A stretch of 64,000 nt of DNA, taken from positions 20,770,001 through 20,834,000 of the forward strand of contig NC_043014.1 of the NCBI RefSeq assembly GCF_006345805.1, given 5' to 3'. Each line of letters begins with the position of its first letter. The first letter of the stretch is position 1. The stretch is from Octopus sinensis (taxonomy: Eukaryota). The notes under the pieces are model-generated. The model was not told where the DNA came from and did not search any database. It saw nothing but the letters and a program-made list of their open reading frames with translations. Below, in pieces: positions 54,790 to 64,000 of this stretch. The position numbers and the translations under genes are program-made.

Positions 54790-55020
54790 TACTTTTTACT
54801 TGTTTTACTTTTTACTTGTTTCAGTCATGTGACTGTGGCCATGCTGGAGCGCCGCCTTTAGTCGAGCAAATCGACCCCAGGACTTATTCTTTGTAAGTCT
54901 AGTACTTATTCTATCGGTCTCTTTTGCCGAACCGCTAAGTTACGGGAACGTAAACATACCAGCATCGGTTGTCAAGCGATGCTGGGGGGACAAACGCAGA
55001 CACACAAACATATACACATA
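54790..55020 (-). mobile_element. SINE family A tail and body; head displaced to 56350-56500
   Basis: Tail and body on the minus strand end at the internal microsatellite; the matching head resumes after two insertions. Confidence 0.85.
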
Positions 55021-55035
55021 CATACATCTATCTAT

Positions 55036-55749
55036 CTATCCGCTCAGTCGAAGTCGACTCTCGGTTACTCGTTGGATCAGTGTCCTCCAGTCAGTTCTAT
55101 CCTGGGCCGCTTCTTTCAGATTGGCTATGTCCATTCCGGTATCACTCTTGATTGTGTCAAGCCAGTGGGTTCTTGGTCGGCCTCTTCCTCTCTTGCCACT
55201 GACCATTCCGAGCATGATGTCCTTTTCCAGGGATTTTCTCCGCATAATATGACCGAAATATGCCAATCTATGCTTGGTGATCCTAGCTTCTAGCGACATT
55301 TTCGGCCTGATCTGCTTAAGAACTTCTCCACTGGTGAGCCTCGCTGTCCATGGAATCCGTAAAAGTCTTCTCCAACACCAAAGCTCGAATGCATTAATTC
55401 TCTTCTGGTCAGCTTTCTTTAGTGTCCAGGTTTCGCATCCATATGTTGCTATTGGGAAGACAATTGCATTCACCAATCTGTATTTGGTAGCGAGTCTGAT
55501 GTCTCTACTCTTCCAGACCCTGCTCATGCTGACCATTGCCTCTCTGCCTGGTACTATCCGCCGTCTTATTTCTGGAGTGCAGTCACCATCTCGATTTATT
55601 TTGGAGCCAAGGAAAATGAAATCATCAACCACTTCGATCTCTTCATTATCGATCTTGATGCTGATGTTTGTTGTGGCTGCTGTTGACATGACCTTCGTTT
55701 TCTTAACATTGAGGTACAGCCCAAATTTCTCACTCTCTTTCTTGACCAT
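55036..55749 (-). mobile_element. RTE-clade LINE ORF2 3' fragment, 5'-truncated, open frame
   Basis: GLYLNVKKTKVM, FIFLGSKI, EIRRRI, YGCETWTL, AFELWCWRRLLRIPWT, YFGHIMR, GKRGRGRPR..W.D; ends in a (GATA)-like tail. Confidence 0.92.
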
Positions 55750-55906
55750 ATATATATATATACATATATATATAATAAAATAAAAATGGTAAATAATTTT
55801 TCAGTGGTTTTTCATATAACCAACAATTATTTACCGGTAAATTTCGGTGTGTAAATATGACAAATTCATCGTCAGGAACTTCTGTAAAGTTCAGTATATA
55901 GTAAAA

Positions 55907-56304
55907 ATAATTAAAAGGGCGGGCAACAGGCTGCTTCGCCGCATACCGAAGGAATTAGAAATGGCAGTCAAAGACTGTTTTTTCCATTTTCTACAAGTGG
56001 AGATTCCATTATCTGATGTCGCTTGGTCAGAGGTGAGGGCTTGTGGCATTTGGTAAATCTATCGAATATGGTGTTGACGAAGGAAATCAAGCTATTTTCG
56101 AGCTTGTGATCTAGAAACATGTTCACCATTAACGGTAAGAGATTGTTTTCGTTTATTTGCTACTCCGATTTTGCGTATGTGAATCGCAGGGTTCGTGGTA
56201 TATGGAATCTCCACTTGTAGAAAATGGAAAAAACAGTCTTTGACTGCCATTTCTAATTCCTTCGGTATGTGGCGAAGCAGCCTGTTGTCCGCCCTTTTAA
56301 TTAT
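55907..56304. repeat. 103-bp inverted repeats (55907-56009 / 56202-56304) around a 192-bp spacer
   Basis: The arms differ at 2 positions. The ORF track shows IIKRA.NRLLR.IPKELEMAVKDCFFHFLQVEIP on both strands. Confidence 0.92.
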
Positions 56305-56349
56305 ATATATATATATATTATATATATATAATATATATATATATACATA

Positions 56350-56500
56350 TATACGACGGGCTTCTTTCAGTTTCCGTCTACCAAATCCACTCACAAGGCC
56401 TTGGTCGGCCCGAGGCTATAGTAGAAGACACTTGCCCAAGGTGCCACGCAGTGGGACTGAACCCGGAACCATGTGGTTGGTACACAAGCTACTTACCACA
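56350..56500 (-). mobile_element. SINE family A head
   Basis: cgacgggcttctttcagtttccg...cacgcagtgggactgaacccggaacc...cttaccaca. Confidence 0.85.
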
Positions 56501-57237
56501 TCTTTATTTATGTATAATTATACACTAATATCGTTTGAATTTGGCGCTGGTCTTTCAACGATTTTGACAGACACGACGAAGCGAGTATAAATTTAATCTT
56601 GGCACCAGTGAGACCTACTAATGAGAACTAAGAGAAATATTTCAAAATTAGAAATCACGTGATATAGGTATATCTGTGATCCACAGCGGCAATGATAAGT
56701 TAAATTTCGTTATTAGTGATGGAAGCACTATTGATTCAACATAGCATTCTGTATATCATATTCAACACAAATATACTGTTGAAAGCCTTGAACTTGCTGT
56801 ATTCATCCATAGAAAGCATCTTGTAAGGATGTATATCGATAAAATAAACCCACAGAAATGTATCAGTATCAGGTGAAAGAATGTTTTGTAGCGGTGGTAG
56901 GATTGCTAAATATGTATTTTTGCTTTCTTGACAAGTCAGTTCTGATTAAGCAAAGAGAACTTGTCCCCGACTCCAGGACACTATCAACCCAACGCGGCCT
57001 TCTTTTTCTTTTTTTTTTAAGAAATTACGTCGTGATTTGAGCAGATATCTGACTTCTTATTCGTCTTTCTTTGTTTGCTCGATTTATTGCCGTTGATTGT
57101 CGGTGAGGAATTTTAAGAATGTAGTTCTTCTTATTATTATTATTATTGTTGTTGTTATTATTGTCATTGTTATTATTGTCATTGTTATTATTATTATTGT
57201 CATTGTTGTTATTATCATTATTATTATTATTATTATT

Positions 57238-57273
<36 letters not shown>

Positions 57274-57379
57274 ATCGTTGTAGTAGTTGTTGTTGTTGTT
57301 GTTCAATCCTGATAGAGCATACATAAGCAAAAACATTTAATTCATGACTGTTCCGTCTTACTTTAAAAGGTTTTATAGG

Positions 57380-57517
57380 TGCAACCATGGCCATTGAGAC
57401 AAAGTGGTTTCGGATTCAAACCCACTTCGTAACACTTTCGGCAAATGTCCTCTACTGTAGTTTCGGACCGACCAATGCCACGTGAGTGAATTTCGTACAC
57501 GGAAACTGTGTGGAAAC

Positions 57518-57593
<76 letters not shown>

Positions 57594-57745
57594 TCGTTAC
57601 CGCCTCCTACCGCTTAATAACTAATGTTAGTTTGTTTACTTTCCTCTAGTCTAGTGGTTCGGCAAAAGAGACCGACAGAATAAATATCAGATTTAAAACA
57701 ATAAGCACTAGGTTCCATTTGTTCAGCTGAGCCCTTGAAAGGTTA
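57380..57745 (+). mobile_element. Diverged SINE family A copy
   Basis: ggcaaatgtcctctactgtag..gaccgaccaatgcc..ggaaactg and ggttcggcaaaagagaccga. Confidence 0.65.
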
Positions 57746-58019
57746 CAGACAATTTACAAGATGTTGATATGTTTCATTTCGAGCATGGCACAGCTTTGTC
57801 CAAATTCATCAGAGTTGAGAAAGTAAGAGGGAAATAATGGTGAGAAATGTTCCCTTAGTGTTGTGATAGTTGTATGTATAGGTGAGTACTGGAACGGATA
57901 AAGGTGAGAATAGACTGAAACAGGATCGGAAAATCTAGGAAAGGAAGGGTTACAATGAGTGACTAAGCAGAGCGCCATCACTCCCGTAGACGTTCCGACA
58001 TGCACATCTACATGCACTT

Positions 58020-58225
58020 ATCTTTTATCTTATCTTTTACTTGTTTTCGTCATTAGACTGCGGGCATGCTGGAGCACCGCCTCGAACGAATTGACTCTAG
58101 TACTTATTTTTGTTAAAGTCTGGTACTTATTCTATCGATATCTCCTATTGATCCTCTAAGTTACGGATACGTGAACACACCAACACCGATTACCAAATGG
58201 TACTGGGGTCAGACACAAAGACACA
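58020..58225 (-). mobile_element. SINE family A tail and body
   Basis: cttttacttgtt..catgctggagcaccgcc..ggtacttattctatcg. Confidence 0.7.
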
Positions 58226-58261
58226 CACACACATATATATACATATATATGCAAATATATA

Positions 58262-58308
<47 letters not shown>

Positions 58309-58345
58309 TATGGAATAATTACTATGAAGTATTGTGTAGAATATG

Positions 58346-58650
58346 TTGTATAAAGAGTCGTATGTAAGGCCAAAGCAATGTGAAGTACATGCAAGGTAAA
58401 TCACAAGAAAACAAATATGTGAATTAATGTAGACTTACCTTGTATTCAATATTTCGGGGTTATGACCTCATTTTCAAGAAATTGACGAATGTTGTCAATG
58501 TGCAACATTCGTCAATTTCTTGAAAATGGGGTCATAACCCCGAAATATTGAATACAAGGTAAGTCTACATTAATTCACATATTTGTTTTCTTGTGATTTA
58601 CCTTGCATGTACTTCACATTGCTTTGGCCTTACATACGACCCTTTATACA

Positions 58651-58651
<1 letters not shown>
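58346..58651. repeat. Near-perfect 306-bp palindrome (149-bp arms, 8-nt loop)
   Basis: 58346-58494 is the reverse complement of 58503-58651 with 2 mismatches; loop tcaatgtg. Confidence 0.96.
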
Positions 58652-58733
<82 letters not shown>

Positions 58734-61686
58734 CAGGGTACAGACAATATTTGAGGAGAGATTTACAGATTTACGGTTTTAAAAATATGCTTTTATAATA
58801 ACAGGAAAAAACTGTATTTTTATTAAAATAACATAAACGTAAAGTTAAATTACACTGGACAGCAAAGATTTTGCTACTGGGGTAAAAGCATATGTTTTAG
58901 ACTAAATTGAGGATGCTGATTCCGAGTCTGTGCTCATAATTGTTCTAGCATGTAATTATTTTGAGTTATGCGCATGCGCAAGATCATAACTATACTTTTG
59001 GCTAGATATAGGCCGTATGATAAAATTTGCTAGAATGAAATCGGTACTAATTCAAAATTAAAGAAATAACAGCAATAAAACAAAGGATGAGAAAGTTCAT
59101 TATTTAGCTTAACAATAAATGGAACTGACATATTGTATGCAAGCGCCGAATACTTGAGTTTGTTCTTGGTAACTCTCAGTGTCATTTGCGCTGATGTCAC
59201 GTGTGGAGTGTGTATCTCTCCTCTGCGTGATTACTGTTTTAACTGTGTTCATTGTGTTCGATCATGAATAGGAGAGGCAGTGTGAATCACCCAGGCAACT
59301 TTTATTATGTCTGTGGGAAATTTTTCCCGCATAACCAGCAGAAGAACCTTACCACCAAATTAAAAACTGCCTATAAATATTATTTCGGGTGTAAATTTGG
59401 GGATCAAGACAAGAGATGAACACTTCATATATGCTGCACCATGTGTTACTCGGGGTTTACGCAGTAGTTGAATGGAAAACAGAAGGGAAAGCCTTTTGCT
59501 GTACCAATGGTATAACATGAGCCAACCAATCATGTCTCTGATTGTTACCTTTACATAACTAATATTAGTGGTTTCTCAAAGAAGACCAAAGCGTAAATTA
59601 TGTATGCAGATTATAAGTCAGCGCTAAAACCTGTCCCACATGACTTCGAGAACCCTGTCCCAGTTTCCCTCTCATATGCTTCACTTGAAAATCTTGACAC
59701 ATCACACGATGAACCCCTGATTCTTTTATCGACGAAGAGAACGTAGTTGATTCTAAGAAAAATGAGCCAGGCTAGTTTAATCAAGAAAATTTGAACGACT
59801 TAGTAAGAGACCTAGCATTGTCAAAGGAGAGGGCAGAAGTTTTGGGACCCAAACTACAACAACAGAATCTTCTACAGCAAGGTATGAAAATTTCCATTTT
59901 CCGTTCTCGCCATAAAGGCTTAACTGTCTTTTTCAAGCAAGAAAATAATGCTTGTTTCTGTACTGACGTTAATGCACGCATGCAAAAGCTAGGACACGTG
60001 TATGTGTCAAACGAATAGAGATTGTTTATAGACTAGAGTAAGGTTAGCCTCAAAGCCGTGTTGGTACATAATTTTAATGAAATCTTTCTATTCCTGTGGA
60101 TTATATTATCGGTATAGAAGAAACTTATGAATCGATGGAATTCATTCTGAAAGGAAATAATTACTCAGTTCATAAGTGGAATATTTGCGGTGATTTAAAG
60201 GTGATTTTCTCCCTCCTAGGACTGCATCTGGGATATACCAAAAATATGTACTTCTTGAGTGTTTGGAACAGCTGCGATGACAGCAATCATTACACTGTAA
60301 AAGATTGGCCTAAAAGAGATGGGCGCGTAGTTGCTTGGTACAATGTGCAGCATATGCCACTAGTAGACCCATAAAACATCTTCCTTCCACCCCTTCACAT
60401 CAAACTCGGCCTTATGAAAAGCTTCGTAAAAGCAATGACACACGGTTGTTGTAGCTTCTAGTACCTAAAATCAAAATTTAGTGCAGAGAAAATGTGACGC
60501 AAAACAGAAAGCAAGCATTTTCATTGAACCCGAGATCAGAGAATTGATATCTGATAGCAAATTCAGAGGTAAACTGAATCCAGTGGAACTTGGGATTCAT
60601 TTGTGTTAGTTGTACAGAACTTTCTTGAAAACCATAGGGCTGAAAACTATGCTGATTTAATAAACAACATGCTAATAGCATATGAAAGAATGGGATGCCG
60701 AATATCCCTTAAAATGTACTTCTTGCATACTCATCTTGATTTTTTTCCAATGAATATTGGTACCCTTGGTGATGAGCATGGTGAGAGGTTCCACCAGGAC
60801 ATATCTGAGATGGAAACAAGATTTCAAGGCCGGTTCAACCCACACATGATGGGTGACTACAGCTGGTTCCTACAACAGTAGACCAGCATAACGCATAAAC
60901 CCGAGTGCAAGTGTCTCAAACATTTCTGAGCTGAGTATATCAAAAATAAAGTGAGTATTCTCTTAACATAAATATGCTGTGTACCATTATATTATAATAC
61001 TATTTGACTGGAACATAAATTTACTATATACAGTACTAATATACTGTGATAATAATTATTTACCTTGAACTTAACTATTCTTGATTCTAAATATAGTTTT
61101 AATATATAATTATGCGCATAACTCAAAATCCTGACCTGCTGCAGCAATTCTGAGTCCAGATTCGGAATCAGCGTACTCAATTTAGTTTGGTACAGCACCA
61201 TTTGTCTGGTTAGCAGACAATAAATCTTTTTTTTCTTTTTGTCCAGCGTATCAATTTCATAATTTCATTCAATAAAACCACCATAAGCATCAATAACTAC
61301 CTCTACGTGAGGTCAAAATCGTTTACAAGCTCGATTAAACGGCTCTTGTTCATATCGGACATGACTTGAACCATGGCGGCTTTCAAAGAATCTTTGGTGT
61401 TATGGGGGTGTTCATTGACATTTTTCTCAACGATGCTCCATACATATTAACCCAGTGGATTGAGATCTGGAGAATTAGGAAGCCAAATGTGATCATACAA
61501 ATTTTCGGCCTTCCATTCTTGTATCATTTGAGCCTTGTGTGATGGTGCAGAATCTTGTTAAAAAACAAGGCCTTCCATTGCATATACTGTTGATCCAAAG
61601 CTTAATGACTTTATCCAGAACCTCAATATATGCAGCAGCATTCACCCTAAGGCCTTGTGCACAAAAATTGAGGAGGCATCACATGT
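58734..61686 (-). mobile_element. Tc1/mariner (maT/DD37D-like) element 3' part, split by the 58853-61248 insertion
   Basis: 61265-61686 encodes VMPP..GLRVNAAAYIEVL..QDSAPSHKA..WLPNSPDLNPL..VW..HNTKDSLKAA..GGFIE*. A TA-cagggt terminus at 58732-58740 lies beyond the insertion; the linkage is inferred. Confidence 0.7.
58853..61248 (+). mobile_element. Full-length but decayed Chapaev3-like (CMC group) DNA transposon
   Basis: Termini cactggaca...tgtccagcg, subterminal inverted blocks actaaattgaggatgctgattccgagtctg / cagattcggaatcagcgtactcaaatttagt, TA at both flanks. Transposase remnants YFGCKFGDQDK, LNDLVRDLALSKE, ICGDLKV, LPPLHIKLGLMK, SLKMYFLHTHLDFFP, DEHGERFHQDI. The superfamily assignment is from recalled motifs. 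Confidence 0.8.
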
Positions 61687-61689
61687 CTT

Positions 61690-62400
61690 TTATTACTGAG
61701 GTGTCCGATTCTGAGCAGTCGGACACCTCGTGGATCAACAGGAATGAAAGAAGCTTCGTAGAAGTGGCTAAAGTAGCAGAAAGTAATATGGATTTGGATG
61801 AGTGGAAGAAATACTCCAAGATGATGAAAAGGGACGGAACAAAGGTGGAAGTAACCGCGTCAGTGGAGATAATTGATAAAATAACGAGATGCACGGTAGT
61901 GTATAAAACACACTCAGTGACCGAAAGAAGAATTAAAGAGATGACGACGACCCAAGTGGAGAGGAAACTAAGTCCCATATGGAAGGATACTAGGTATTTA
62001 ACAAGAGGCAGTAAATTTGGTACAATTGAAGTCCAATTTAATGATGTAGGCAGTGCAAGTTTGAACTCGTCAACAATATTAAAGAACTAGGAAGTAGCGA
62101 CGTTGCCAATATATGGTGGAAGGAGAGCTATAAGGGTCAACGTAGAGGGAATCCCCCCAGACGTCGACGTGGCTTGGATAGTAGCTGCAGTCTTGCCACC
62201 AAGATGGAAGCAAGGAACTGGAAAGGGCAATCCTTAAATATGGTGATATGGGGACCGGATGATGCAAGCGTGAGAAAACAATCCTTACCTTCGTTTGTTA
62301 AAACTTCTGGTGGGTCAATTTTTATAATTGACTCAGTCGATAGCCGTACTCTTCCTTCGCCGGACAACAGGTATTCAAAATAAACCCACATTTCAGATAT
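61690..62400 (+). pseudogene. Uncharacterised ORF1/gag-like fragment, probably from a non-LTR retrotransposon
   Basis: Complex-composition frame continuing past a stop at 62090 (LPIYGGRRAIRVNVEGIPPDV), a pattern seen in RRM-type LINE ORF1 proteins; homolog at 44995-45350. Confidence 0.55.
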
Positions 62401-62424
62401 CTCCGGACACTGAAAAATAACGGA

Positions 62425-62595
62425 TAAAGTTGATTATATCGACCCCAGTGCGTAACTGGTACTTATTTAATCGACCCCGAAAGGATGAAAGGCAAAATCG
62501 ACCTCGGCAGAATTTGAACTCAGAACGTAACTGCAGACGAAATACGGCTACGCATTTCGCTCGGCGTGCTAACGGTTCTGCCAGCTCGCCGCCCT
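62425..62595 (-). mobile_element. SINE family B, low-divergence copy
   Basis: ggcggcgagctggcagaaccgttagcacg head, gagttcaaattc B box and full core. Confidence 0.88.
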
Positions 62596-63836
62596 AGACG
62601 GAAAAATATTGCATGATATTCTGACTTCTTGTTTTCTACCAATTTGTCTTTTCTTTTTTTTTTGCTTTTGTTTTTGTTTTTGTTTGTGTTTTGGGGGCAT
62701 TTTTTGGATGGACTGAAAAATCCTTTCAGTTTTGCTGAACTATTTTACCTTCGTAGCAGGCAGAAGATCAAAGGAGATAAAATAAGACAAAAATAATTGA
62801 CGCGTATCAAATAGAAAGGGGAAAAAAACAACTTTTAAATTAGATGTTTTGGCAAAAATCCAGAAAACTATTACATATCATACCTGAATATGACAAAATC
62901 AGGTTTTTTCTTTTGTATTTTTTGGTTTGTGTTTTCTTTTTATTTCTTTTTGTTGTTGTTATTTGTTTGTTTGTTTTTTTAATGCTCAGTCATTAGAATG
63001 GTCTTATCTGTCACGCCGCACCAAGATACCATTTACCGCACATTGTTTAGAAATCACTACCCCATTACCGTCAATGTTTACATACACGTACATTCATACG
63101 TGGGAGGGCGCGCGTACGCGCACACGCACATACATGCGTACACACACTCACACGCATACATATGTACACACACACACACGCACATGCACATACATACACG
63201 CAACATCTTCACAGACATACTTTCTCTCTTTTATCTTTCTCTCCAAACATTCACTCCGTATTCTTTTTCTCGGTTTTTTTTTGTTTCCTTTATGAGGAGA
63301 TTGCGTCAAAGGAAATAAAGACAGGCTAGTCATGGTTGGAATGTCTTTTTGATCATAGGTCTTCGCCAGCCAGGACTGGTCTGGTGTTAAACAACACACC
63401 TATACTCGCAAAGACCGCGCGCGGTCACAGACAAGCACATAATACACACAAAAACATATACAAAACACAAACACATACAAACAAAACGAAACACACGCAC
63501 ACGCACACACATATAATATATACACACACAAACACACACACACACAAGCGCACTCATACCCAAACACATGAGCATATACAATTATGATTGGACAAATACA
63601 CGCACATGATATAACATCTACACAAACACTCTTAAATCGTATACACCCTATTGCAACCATCCAGCTACCACCCAAACACCCAACGAACCACACACACACA
63701 CACACACACACGCAGACACACACGCACACACATGCACGCACACACGTATACATACGTATTCCTAATGTCAGGTGACATATATCAAGTTAGTGACCGAAAG
63801 CACGGGTGATAAAACTCATTAATCACCATAATCACA

Positions 63837-63893
<57 letters not shown>

Positions 63894-64000
63894 TGTGTGT
63901 GTGTGTGCGTGTGTTTGTGTGCGTGAGTGCGTGTTTCTTGGTTAATATGTGTGTAGGTGCGTATCTATTGTTAGCAATGTATGTCATTAAAAATTTTAAA

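Noticed and set aside
61539-62090. 183-aa ORF as a single gene
   Set aside because: Chimeric: the first ~50 codons are antisense mariner sequence fused to the ORF1-like fragment.

Overview
AT-rich, microsatellite-saturated eukaryotic DNA with no recognisable intact host gene. The repeat complement resembles an octopus (coleoid cephalopod) intergenic or intronic region; this is an inference from recalled repeat families, not a database search. Most ORFs in the supplied track are translations of simple repeats. Supported content is a transposon graveyard. Helitrons: a RepHel remnant with an open PIF1 helicase frame (2298-4828, -), an ancient copy (~24950-27545) and a complete-looking non-autonomous copy (44175-45538). 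Cut-and-paste DNA elements: mariner/Tc1 relics and a Chapaev3-like element nested in a DD37D-like mariner. Retroelements: a near-intact CR1/L2-group LINE, an RTE fragment, R4/Dong-like LINEs stacked in (TAA)n tracts, Penelope-like element (PLE) fragments, a disrupted Ty3/Gypsy element and many tRNA-derived SINEs. The most interesting signals are: (1) a small non-coding, (TA)n-flanked unit with 77-bp direct repeats and a type I hammerhead ribozyme (53792-54409), plus further hammerhead motifs in other (TA)n-embedded modules, suggesting a retrozyme/PLE-like mobile ribozyme system; (2) repeated near-perfect local templated insertions and fold-back inverted duplications, mostly at microsatellites; (3) an ORF1-like coding fragment carried inside a Helitron with a diverged homolog 17 kb away; (4) a SINE/LINE pair sharing a 3' tail. 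Boundaries of degenerate elements are approximate and were read by eye.
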